Source of the DNA: a virus
Direction: 5' to 3' (one strand)
Virus record (IMG/VR): IMGVR_UViG_3300045996_000592
Span: 32,001-96,000 of that record
DNA: 64,000 bases
Every line of letters starts with the position of its first letter. Position 1 is the stretch's first letter. The notes below the pieces were generated by a model. It made no database searches, was not told where the DNA came from, and worked only from the letters and a program-made list of their open reading frames with translations. Below are positions 9,345-18,500 of the stretch, piece after piece. Made by a program: the position numbers and the translations under genes.

Positions 9345-9535
9345 CCGACTTCCTCAAACAGATAAACTGGAAAGAACTCCGGGATGACAGGTTCAACTTG
9401 GAGTATATCGCGGAGTTCGAACCACTGGATGATAAAGACATCAACTCCCTTTATTCAATAGTAGAGCTGATAGACCAGTTACAGCAGGAAGCAGTAAGGT
9501 CAGGAATAACTAAAGAAGAAGTATATGGACAGTAA
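9341..9535 (+). CDS. hypothetical protein
   Basis: 64 aa, overlapping its neighbours. Confidence 0.6.
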   Translation: MTDFLKQINWKELRDDRFNLEYIAEFEPLDDKDINSLYSIVELIDQLQQEAVRSGITKEEVYGQ

Positions 9536-9737
9536 ATTAAAAGAAGTAGTAGAATGTATCCTTGACTATCTGGAGGATACAGAAGAGCGGAGTTATCTCG
9601 AATCAGATGATAACGTCAGGGATACTCACATCTACGAGGATGTAGTAAGGCTCCGCCAGTGGCAGCAAACCGGGTGGATAGACGAGAATAAAGTACAGGA
9701 GGCACTGAACACCTTAAAAAAGAATCACGGACTATGA
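9525..9737 (+). CDS. hypothetical protein
   Basis: 70 aa, overlapping its neighbours. Confidence 0.6.
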   Translation: MDSKLKEVVECILDYLEDTEERSYLESDDNVRDTHIYEDVVRLRQWQQTGWIDENKVQEALNTLKKNHGL

Positions 9738-9997
9738 TAGACGTAGTAAACAAGAAGGTAGACGACCGCCGGCTCACTCATGATGAGGAAGAGTTACTGG
9801 AAGCCGGTCGTAAACAGGGAATGGTACAGGGGTTAGCTCTCGCCGTAGCCACCTTTATGAAATACTGGGGGGAACACGCCGGTATTCAAGAGGTGTGGGG
9901 TTCTGCAGGGATGACTATACAGGAGTGTTACAATAATGGGGTAGACGAGTACGATATAGAAACTCTTATAAAATACCAAGATTACCTCGAAGGATAA
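9734..9997 (+). CDS. hypothetical protein
   Basis: 87 aa, ATGA overlap. Confidence 0.6.
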   Translation: MIDVVNKKVDDRRLTHDEEELLEAGRKQGMVQGLALAVATFMKYWGEHAGIQEVWGSAGMTIQECYNNGVDEYDIETLIKYQDYLEG

Positions 9998-10008
9998 AAT
10001 AGACCAAT

Positions 10009-10428
10009 ATGAAACTAACAGATAAAAATACTGGGTACATTCTTATGAATGCTCAGACTCAGTCAGAATGGGATACCTGCACACATGCACTTTTATCCTT
10101 TACCCCAACTGATGTAGAAAAATGGAAAAAATACGCCCAGACAGCTAAGAATTTAAAGGAAGAGAACCCCGACTTCGCCAACCTCAGTTTTTATGAGTCT
10201 GTTGATTTCCTGAATCTGGGAGATGATATTTTACCGGAAGAAGTGGGTTGGTCTTTTGTAGAACTGGAAGAAGGTGAAAATAATTGGGACCAGGAAGAGT
10301 TACCAGAACAACGACTGGATACACATATGATGAAGGTTTATTCAAGTGGGTGCATTCAGTTCACAGCCTACGGTAAACACACTTCCGAGGAGTTCTGGAC
10401 GACACACCTTAAAGTAGAAAGCCTGTAA
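10009..10428 (+). CDS. hypothetical phage protein
   Basis: 139 aa ending in a YGKHTSEEFWT motif. Confidence 0.7.
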   Translation: MKLTDKNTGYILMNAQTQSEWDTCTHALLSFTPTDVEKWKKYAQTAKNLKEENPDFANLSFYESVDFLNLGDDILPEEVGWSFVELEEGENNWDQEELPEQRLDTHMMKVYSSGCIQFTAYGKHTSEEFWTTHLKVESL

Positions 10429-10453
10429 AAAAGTAGGCTAAATTGTAGATAAT

Positions 10454-10483
10454 GGGTGAGTTCATAGTGGGCTCACCCTTTTT
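10454..10483 (+). terminator. intrinsic terminator
   Basis: GGGTGAGTTCA-tag-TGGGCTCACCC (G.U pairs) followed by TTTTT. Confidence 0.8.
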
Positions 10484-10485
10484 AT

Positions 10486-10517
10486 TTTGGTACTCTAATT
10501 TAGATACTCTAAATTTG
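10486..10517 (+). promoter_or_regulatory. Bacteroidota primary-sigma promoter (-33/-7)
   Basis: TTTG, 20 nt, TAAATTTG: exact match to TTTG...TAnnTTTG, 15 nt before ATG 10533. Confidence 0.8.
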
Positions 10518-10532
10518 GTAAACCTCACACAC

Positions 10533-10850
10533 ATGACAGAAGAACTAACAGGTAACCCGCGTATCCCGTTCGAGTCTGATACCGTTCTCCAGGTATGGAA
10601 TACGGTAGATAAGGTAGTCATAGGAGTCTACGAGAACGGGAAAGCAGCAGCTATCAAGTTATCCGCCACCTACCAGTCAGTAGTACACTCTTACTCCCGT
10701 AAAAGGGTGGTAAAGGGTAAGATAAAGAGTGATCATTTTACATCCCCGCTCTACCCGGATATACCACTGGCTGCACGACTCATCAGGAGGACTACTGATA
10801 TGTTATTCCGGAACGGGGTGTTATATAACTCACTAAATAACGCAGCATGA
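10533..10850 (+). CDS. hypothetical protein (start revised from 10452)
   Basis: The upstream part of the track ORF is terminator plus promoter; MTEELTG...NNAA. Confidence 0.65.
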   Translation: MTEELTGNPRIPFESDTVLQVWNTVDKVVIGVYENGKAAAIKLSATYQSVVHSYSRKRVVKGKIKSDHFTSPLYPDIPLAARLIRRTTDMLFRNGVLYNSLNNAA

Positions 10851-11035
10851 CAGAAGAAGTAGACTACAACCAGATGGCCTGTCCTGAGTTATCAGAACTG
10901 ATCGACTACCAAATAGATAACCCAGTTGATGGGCGTAAGAAGAAAGAGTATAGAAAGTACCTGGAGAACTTACAGAAGATGATAGACAGTTATAATTTAA
11001 AAACCGGATTCCAGGCCTATCAAAAAGTTTTATGA
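10847..11035 (+). CDS. hypothetical protein
   Basis: 62 aa with ATGA overlaps. Confidence 0.6.
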   Translation: MTEEVDYNQMACPELSELIDYQIDNPVDGRKKKEYRKYLENLQKMIDSYNLKTGFQAYQKVL

Positions 11036-11208
11036 CATTAGAACAGACCCAGACAGATCAGAAGCCAATAAAGGTATTCATGTACCCCGGAGTAGAGGAG
11101 CTCAAGAAGATGACCCCTACCCAGCTCACAGAGACCAAAATAAAAGTAGACCAGTTATCTGACTACTTGGGATACCTCATCAGACAAAAAATATATGATA
11201 TTTTATGA
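11032..11208 (+). CDS. small hypothetical protein (58 aa, not in the ORF track)
   Basis: MTLEQTQTDQ...KIYDIL*; ATGA overlaps at both ends. Confidence 0.6.
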   Translation: MTLEQTQTDQKPIKVFMYPGVEELKKMTPTQLTETKIKVDQLSDYLGYLIRQKIYDIL

Positions 11209-11540
11209 ACAGACCGCTAATTTATATAGCTGGTAAAATCAGTGATCTACCACCCGGGGTAGCTGAGAAAAACTTCCACGACGCCCAGGTTAGACTGGAA
11301 AATCAGGGGTGGGATACCCTTAACCCTTACGCCCGGATAGAAGGGTGGAAGAAGCAGAACGAGGACTACAAAGAAATAATGAGGTTAGTTCTTCAAGACC
11401 TCGCATCCTGTAAACATGCCTACTTCCTGAGGGGGTGGGAAAGAAGTTTAGGAGCGACGTTTGAGCACTTCGTTTGTCAGAAGACCGGGATAAAGATAAT
11501 TTATGAAGAACAACCTAAGGAGGAGACCGTAGAGATATGA
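11205..11540 (+). CDS. DUF4406 family protein (nucleoside deoxyribosyltransferase-like fold)
   Basis: IYIAGKIS, NF..A...L...G...LNP, L..C...YFLRGWERSLGATFE. Confidence 0.85.
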   Translation: MNRPLIYIAGKISDLPPGVAEKNFHDAQVRLENQGWDTLNPYARIEGWKKQNEDYKEIMRLVLQDLASCKHAYFLRGWERSLGATFEHFVCQKTGIKIIYEEQPKEETVEI

Positions 11541-12370
11541 TACTAAATTTAAGCAACCCACCGGCCTCAATAATCAAGGCTAAGATCGGTAAATACCCTG
11601 ATGGTCAGCAGTATGTTATTATCGACCCACAATTTACTGTAGGGGAGAACGGAATAACGATATACTCCCGGTTCAACTCCTTCCTGGATTTAGAACTAAT
11701 AGTGACTGCCACTAAAGCGCTACAAAACCTTGATGTAAAGAAAATAAATCTATACGTTCCCTACATACTCGGTGCCCGGTCTGACCGGAAGTTTGAGTAT
11801 GGTGGAACGTCCTATCTGGTGCAGATTATAGCGCCTATCCTGAACAGTTTGGGCCTCACCAAAGTTTACTGCTTGGACGTACACAACCAGGCAGTAGCAG
11901 AGGCGTGTATTAATAACCTCGTTTGTTATGATAACTCAGAGTTTATCAAACGAGTACTGGGTGACATACAATCCAAAAACCTTGTTATTGTTACCCCGGA
12001 CGACGGCGCGTCCAAAAAGATATACCCGCTCTGTAAAAAACTCGGTTTAGAAGTACCCGTCGTCGTGTGTGCCAAACACAGGGATATTAAAACCGGTAAG
12101 ATAGAAGGGGTAGATATCCCTCACGGGACACACTTCAAAAATGAAGAGGTAATGTTAATAGATGATATCTGTGATGGCGGCAGGACGTTCATCGAAATAG
12201 CCAAGAAGTTAAAAACTTGGGGAGAACCTGCTAAAATGTACCTGGCTGTCACTCACGGAATATTTTCCGCGGGGTTTGATGAACTACACCAGTACTTTGA
12301 CCAGATATTTTCTACTAACTCCGTGAAAGATCACCCAAATATATCTGTAACTCAATATCCAGTAATATGA
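11537..12370 (+). CDS. prs: ribose-phosphate pyrophosphokinase-like protein (candidate NARP1 Adps)
   Basis: YPDGQ, PYILGARSDR, LDVH, TPDDGA, KHRD..TGKI, IDDICDGGRTF, VTHGIFS. Confidence 0.92.
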   Translation: MILNLSNPPASIIKAKIGKYPDGQQYVIIDPQFTVGENGITIYSRFNSFLDLELIVTATKALQNLDVKKINLYVPYILGARSDRKFEYGGTSYLVQIIAPILNSLGLTKVYCLDVHNQAVAEACINNLVCYDNSEFIKRVLGDIQSKNLVIVTPDDGASKKIYPLCKKLGLEVPVVVCAKHRDIKTGKIEGVDIPHGTHFKNEEVMLIDDICDGGRTFIEIAKKLKTWGEPAKMYLAVTHGIFSAGFDELHQYFDQIFSTNSVKDHPNISVTQYPVI

Positions 12371-12795
12371 TAGATAAATATATAAACAGGTTAACCGAAG
12401 AGTGGTTACAACACGGTAAGATAATAGTAGCCATAGACTTTGATGACACAATATCTCCTTGGAAGCTGAACAGTCAGGAAGAGTGCAATAAAGTAATTGA
12501 GGTTCTTAAAGATGTGTGTGCTGTCGGAGCCTATATAGTAATATTTACAGCCTGCAGTAGTGACCGTTATCAGCACATCGCAGAATACTGTACTTCTAAA
12601 GGGTTTAGTATAGATAGAATAAACCAGAACCCCATAGTCTTACCATACGGTAACCAGACTAAGGTGTACGCGAACATATTCCTCGATGACCGCGGAGGTC
12701 TGGACGAAGCACTCAATATCTTACAAGAGAGCATGTACCGGGTACGTTCATCCAAGTATGGTAAGAACCTCTCGGAACAAACAGTAGAATTTTAA
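12367..12795 (+). CDS. capless HAD-superfamily phosphatase-like protein
   Basis: Motif I AIDFDDTI, FTA, K, motif IV IFLDDRG. Confidence 0.8.
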   Translation: MIDKYINRLTEEWLQHGKIIVAIDFDDTISPWKLNSQEECNKVIEVLKDVCAVGAYIVIFTACSSDRYQHIAEYCTSKGFSIDRINQNPIVLPYGNQTKVYANIFLDDRGGLDEALNILQESMYRVRSSKYGKNLSEQTVEF

Positions 12796-12807
12796 AAACA
12801 GATACTC

Positions 12808-14361
12808 ATGTTTAAACCAAACGCTTTATACTACGTAGATGGGTATAAGATCGCTCATAAAAAGATGCTGGCAGCAGGTACCACCCGTCTATACGGAACC
12901 TGGATACCAAGGTCAGTAAAATATGCTCCTAAAGGAGTAAATAAGATAGTATCATTCGGTCAGCAGTTAATGGTACGCTGGCTGCACGATGAGTTCACGG
13001 AGAACTTTTTCAACCTTCCGGTAGATGTAGCTCACCGATTCGGTAAAGATATGTGCCTATACCTTGGGATGGACTACGACTACACGCACTTCACAGAACT
13101 GCATAATCTCGGTTATCTCCCAATCCGCATCAAATCATTACCAGAAGGAGTAGAAACTGATCCGAATATCCCACATATGACCTTCATTAATACTGTAGAC
13201 GGGTTTGGATGGCTTACTCTGTTCCTTGAAACTATCATTAGCGCCCTGGCGTGGAAGGCCCCGACTGCAGCCACTATTCAGAAACTCTATAACCGTAACA
13301 CTATGGAGTGGGTCACTAAAACCGATCCGGATAATTTATGGTTAGTACCGTTCCTTAACCATGATTTCAGCGCCCGCGGCCTTGATCCATTCTCGATGAT
13401 GGCAGTTGGTCTAGGCCATGCTACAAGTTCTTTGGGCTCAGATACACTCATAACCATCCCGGCTGCCCGTTATTATTATGACGAGCCCGAAGAGGAGGTC
13501 TGTGTGTTCTCTGTTAACGCCTCGGAACACTCAGTATCTACAACCAAAATATTTACAGTAGGGGAGCAGCAGATGATAGCAGACTGGTTACAGGATTTCC
13601 CGAAGGGAATACTATCTATTGTATCTGACACTTTCGACCTGTGGAAACTGATAACCGAGTACTTACCGGCCAATAAGGGATCCATTATGTCGAGGGAGGG
13701 TAAACTAGTCATACGTCCTGACAGTGGTGATCCGGTAGATATTATCTGCGGTTGTAAGGTTACTCAATCTGATGAAGATGAATTACTATATCGTGACCAG
13801 GATACATGGGAATCCTACCCGCCAGAAGAAGACATAGTTATTGTGAAACATAAGGTTGGTGCCAAGCCGGTATCTGAAGCGGAAAGCAAAGGGGTTATAG
13901 AAATCCTTTGGGATATATTCGGCGGTACTGTGAACACACACGGTTATAAAGTACTTGATCCTCATATTGGCGCCATCTATGGTGACTCGATAACTCCGGA
14001 CCGTCAGGTAGAAATCTATAAACGGTTAGCGGCTAAAAGGTTTGCTACTACCAACATCGTCTTGGGTATAGGGTCCTACACTTACCAGATGGTAACTCGT
14101 GATACACTAGGGTTTGCTGCTAAAGGCGCCTGGTTTGAGGCCAATGGTACGGGTTACGATATCTACAAGGATCCGGTGACAGATGATGGAACCAAAAAGT
14201 CACTAAAGGGGCTCATTAAAGTAAATCCCAACTTCACTGTTTGTACCCAATGTTCCCCGGAAGAGGAGTCAACCGGTTTACTCCAAACCATATATGAGAA
14301 CGGGCAGTATTATAACAAGACCACTTTAAAAGACGTCCGTAACAGACTTAAGAACATATGA
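12808..14361 (+). CDS. nadV: nicotinamide phosphoribosyltransferase-like protein (candidate NARP1 Namat)
   Basis: DGYKIAH, HDFSARG, GSDT, ASEHSV, SIVSDTFDLW, IRPDSGDP, IYGDSI, GIGS, RDTLGFAAK, KDPVTDDGTKKSLKG. Confidence 0.95.
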   Translation: MFKPNALYYVDGYKIAHKKMLAAGTTRLYGTWIPRSVKYAPKGVNKIVSFGQQLMVRWLHDEFTENFFNLPVDVAHRFGKDMCLYLGMDYDYTHFTELHNLGYLPIRIKSLPEGVETDPNIPHMTFINTVDGFGWLTLFLETIISALAWKAPTAATIQKLYNRNTMEWVTKTDPDNLWLVPFLNHDFSARGLDPFSMMAVGLGHATSSLGSDTLITIPAARYYYDEPEEEVCVFSVNASEHSVSTTKIFTVGEQQMIADWLQDFPKGILSIVSDTFDLWKLITEYLPANKGSIMSREGKLVIRPDSGDPVDIICGCKVTQSDEDELLYRDQDTWESYPPEEDIVIVKHKVGAKPVSEAESKGVIEILWDIFGGTVNTHGYKVLDPHIGAIYGDSITPDRQVEIYKRLAAKRFATTNIVLGIGSYTYQMVTRDTLGFAAKGAWFEANGTGYDIYKDPVTDDGTKKSLKGLIKVNPNFTVCTQCSPEEESTGLLQTIYENGQYYNKTTLKDVRNRLKNI

Positions 14362-14609
14362 CCTTCACCATTACCTTTACCCGGTACGCAGGTTTCCACC
14401 CCCGTTATTGTAAGAGAGGGGTGTGTGGCCTCGTACTAGGATGGGTCACCCTAACTTGGTATCATTACGACCTCGAGAAGGCCGTTCTAAAATTACTGAA
14501 CAATGATCAAAACCGTACAAGTGGACGAGACCCTTCAGTTGAAGATAAAGCTGAATATGGTCACAGAAGAAAAGAGGAAGGCTCGGTCACGTTACGAACA
14601 GTTGAGTAG
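14358..14609 (+). CDS. hypothetical protein
   Basis: ATGA-coupled to nadV; 3' part overlaps the next gene, so the true extent is uncertain. Confidence 0.45.
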   Translation: MTFTITFTRYAGFHPRYCKRGVCGLVLGWVTLTWYHYDLEKAVLKLLNNDQNRTSGRDPSVEDKAEYGHRRKEEGSVTLRTVE

Positions 14610-15003
14610 GCAAGAAGATAATATCCGGACTAAGATAGAAGATCTGAATCAGAAGGATAAAGACCTGTTCATAACACCTCACGCCATAACCCGGTTCCGG
14701 GAGCGGATAATGGACTTACCCAACCAGAAGATAAAGAATATACTCTCTGATGAGAGTCTGCTGAATAAGTACAAAGAGAACGGACCAGGCAGATATAAGT
14801 TACCTGAACCCTTTACCTACGTCACAGTAGCAGTTAAAGACTTCAGTGTTATTACCTGTTTTAACCAAAAGGACCCGGAAGAACGGATAGACCTTTTGAG
14901 GGCCTATATGGATAACTGGGTAGAGGACAGGTGTAAACAGGTAATTAATCCCGAGTGGAATATCATGGCTCTGGGAGCATTTAAAAGAAAGTACTACAGA
15001 TAA
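14503..15003 (+). CDS. hypothetical protein (coiled coil plus HAxxRxxER domain)
   Basis: N-terminal heptads and an ITPHAITRFRERI motif. Confidence 0.7.
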   Translation: MIKTVQVDETLQLKIKLNMVTEEKRKARSRYEQLSRQEDNIRTKIEDLNQKDKDLFITPHAITRFRERIMDLPNQKIKNILSDESLLNKYKENGPGRYKLPEPFTYVTVAVKDFSVITCFNQKDPEERIDLLRAYMDNWVEDRCKQVINPEWNIMALGAFKRKYYR

Positions 15004-15314
15004 TGGAGATAATATGTTCAGATGCTAACTTCAGTCCTGAGGCACTGTCGTTTTACGAGAAGAATAACACCATACCCCCAACACAAGACAGGATATACCC
15101 CGGTATCAGGGAGGTGATAAAGGTAGCAGCTACAGGAGAGACGGGGATACTACTGGAGGGACTGATAAACCCGCCGGTGACGTTCGCACACCCTATACTG
15201 GGCCGGGCCACAAAAGAAGTCACCTGGAATTTGAAGAGGTTCAGGACTCTATCCGGCGGTGAGATAACCCGGGAGATGATAGAAGAGATTATTAAAGAAA
15301 AGATCAAAACATGA
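15003..15314 (+). CDS. hypothetical phage protein
   Basis: 103 aa; TAATG overlap. Confidence 0.7.
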   Translation: MEIICSDANFSPEALSFYEKNNTIPPTQDRIYPGIREVIKVAATGETGILLEGLINPPVTFAHPILGRATKEVTWNLKRFRTLSGGEITREMIEEIIKEKIKT

Positions 15315-15547
15315 CAGAACAAGACATAATAGAATTCATAGAGTCCGGTCAGCCGGATATGGCTATCCTCGGGTACTTCCTGATGGACGTAGAAGATAAA
15401 TCCCCAGAAGCAGCCTACAACTACATAAAACCCATTTACGAAAAAGAGTTATCCCTGGCATTTACCAGGGATATTTTTATGGAGTACTTCAACAACCTCG
15501 TTGCCCGGGGCGCCATCTCAGAGGGACCGGATATTTCCGGTAATTAG
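15311..15547 (+). CDS. hypothetical protein; last + strand gene of this block
   Basis: 78 aa; its stop overlaps the stop of the convergent gene. Confidence 0.6.
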   Translation: MTEQDIIEFIESGQPDMAILGYFLMDVEDKSPEAAYNYIKPIYEKELSLAFTRDIFMEYFNNLVARGAISEGPDISGN

Positions 15548-18500
15548 AAGATGTGGAACTTGGTCTCCGTATCCAGGTTCAACCAGTCGTTATAGTTATG
15601 GATAAGGGGTAGCACATCCCGCCACTCCTTACTCATCTTACTCTGGTCTTTATAGGCGCCCTTCTGATAGATAGCGTCTTCTTCTGATTGGAACGGATAC
15701 TCTACTGTAGACATGATAGCTTCCGAGAAGTTCTTCAGGGTATTACTGATAGCTACCGGGTTCTTTACATACTCGTACATCTGTTTAACACCCAATACCG
15801 GATTAAAAGTAATAACTTCGGTACGTAACCTGTCCGTCTGGAATGACAGGAAGTGTACCAGTCTCTTGATACGATATTCATCATCAGGGATACCTTTAGC
15901 TAAATTACTGATCAGGGAATAAATGCCGAGTAAGGATATGATAAGTAGTATCTCCGAAAGATCCTGCATCAGGTTTTTCTTCTGTATGTCACTCATACTA
16001 CCCCACGCAGAAGTAACCCTTGACCAGTAACCGTCAAAATCACGGAGGGCTGAGAAGAACTTCACCGCTGTAACATATCTACCTTCGTACTCTCCCAGTG
16101 TCGCATGATCGTAACCACCGATAAACCGGGCGCGGAGAGCGGGGTAGATGTGTTTATGGAACTGTAATAACAGCTGTCCTACTGTATACTGCTGGAGCAT
16201 TACCCGGTCTTCCCAGGCATAGTTACCGTGGATGTGTTTATTTACCTCTTTGATATAGTTGGTGGCATTGAATTTCTCATCAGAAGACAGCTCAAACCCG
16301 TCTTTCAGTTTCAGCTCTCCGGTGTTCGGATTAAACTCGTAGGCATCATAGATAGACACCGACTCACCGGTCTTTTTATTCTTAATTTGGCGGGACATCA
16401 GTACCGCTAACCCTACCTTGCCTTGTACGTTATATTCACCGATCTCCTGACCAAGGTAAACCTTATCCATGAAGCTGACCCTACCCTGGTCCTCCTGCCA
16501 CTTGGTTATCATGTGGAAGCTGTCTATCAGGGCCTCTGCCTTACTGCCAGGTTTCCTGTTAGCGTAAGGGCCTTCTTTAGAGGAACCCAGTTTTTTAGCA
16601 AACCCGGGTAACAGTTCCGCGTTAAAGACTCCTTCCGCCCGGAAATAACTCTTACGGGAGAAGTACTTGTTAGCAGCCATCTCCAGCAGGTTATTCAACC
16701 TACCCATCGTGTAGTTGTTCAGGTTACCCTTGATGTTCAGGCCCACACCACGAAGAGACGTGATATTCTGTATCCTCTTAGCGATAATCTCCATCTGGGA
16801 GTGGGTCATAGTCTTATCGTTATAGAAGACCATGCTCAGGTAGGCGTTCAGGCGCTTTACCGTGTTCGGTAACTTGGTGTTCTTGTTCTTGGGGTCGTAG
16901 ATATAGGCCGGCTCGTCAGAACCTGCCTTGGTGATCACCTTCCCGGTAGCTGTTTTCTGGTAGTACTTACGGTTGATTACTGCGTCCTTGAGCGCCATGA
17001 TCTCCCCCTCTACTGCGGAAAGGTGAAGGAAGTTCTCGGCCATATCGGAGAACGCCAACATCTGTTTGAAGACATCCGTCTCCAGCTCAGAGTTCAGGGG
17101 TTTGGTGTTCTCCAGTCTTAGCTGCTCATTCAACTTCTTCCTCTCAGCCCTATATTCTTTCTGGCTGATCTTACCCTGTGCCTTCTGTTCGGCCAGCTCT
17201 TGTATTTTCTTCTGAAGGTTTTCCACCTTTTTCTGATTACGGAGATCCCCCATGTAGAGTTTGGGGATGACCTGCCGGGCGTTACCGGCCTCATCCGTAA
17301 CACGGGTAGAGCTAAAAGTCGTCGGGGTAAAGGAGTTGGTTATCCCACGTTTTACTACTGTCCACAGACCCTCGTTACGGGCTTGCTGTGTGAAGTTGGA
17401 CTGAAGGGTCATAAGACTTCCCTTTTTCAACCAGCGCTGCGCCGAAGGACCCATCCGGTTCGTATAACCCCCAATGATATCCATGTAGGCATTATATATC
17501 TCCTTCTGGAGTTTTCCGAGTTCTGAGGTCTGCCCCTGCAGGTCAACGTAACGCTTGTTACGCATGTCCTTACCCTTGGCTGAAAACTCCCTGATCTCGA
17601 TATGATCACGGTTCGGGAACCACCCGGTACGACGGGTAACAATACCAATTGGTTCTTTGGTTGTCCAGTCTTTGGCCATTTCCCAGTACTCCACGTATTC
17701 CTGGTATTTACGACGGAAAGAAGTATGTTCTGCCTCCGTGACATCAGGACGTTTTATCCATCTGCCGTTAATAAATTCTTCTACTTTACCTCTGGCGTCC
17801 TTGTATTCCTGTGTGTACTTATGATACTCGCCATCTTCGTAGGTCTCCCCGTTAGTGGACTCGGCTTCAGTGAATTTACGGACACGTTCCTTGATCTTGT
17901 ATAACTTACGGTTGTACTCAAGGTCTTTTGGATCAGCTGTGTGGATATCTGTTATCTGGATATATTCCATCAGTTTACCGTCATCGGTCCTTAACGCTGA
18001 ATACACCTCATCCCGGAGTTTCCAGTAATCCTGGGATATTTTCTGGAGCAGCCTAGTAGGGTTACCCTTGGCATCCAGCTCATACATGAAGTTAAAAGAG
18101 TCCTTATTCAGTTTACCTGCGAGTTTGGCGTAACGGTTACCTAACTGTTTGATACGTTCCTGTACGCCTTCCCGGGCCTCCTTACTGGTGAACATGGCCT
18201 TCTTGACACGGGTGTCGATAATACCCAGGAGTTTATCACGGGAACCGGCCAGGTCAGACGCCACATACTCGTGGAACTCTATGTCCTGGGCAGCCTCCAT
18301 CAGGTCTTCTATCTCCTTAGGGGTAAGATCAGGGTTTTGGTCTGATATCTTCTTGGTGACATACGTCCACGACTGCCGGGTGATATCATCGTTCAGGTTC
18401 TCCAGTGAGTCCAGCAGGTCTTCCAGCATCTTCTTCTGGTCATCGGTAACAAGGCCCCGGATCTTGGCAATACCCAGGTAGGAATCATTGAACTTGGCCA

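Noticed and set aside
10452-10532. N-terminal extensions in the ORF track (also 4046-4126, 54034-54108, 59507-59587)
   Set aside because: They run through terminators, promoters or the previous gene; downstream ATGs fit better
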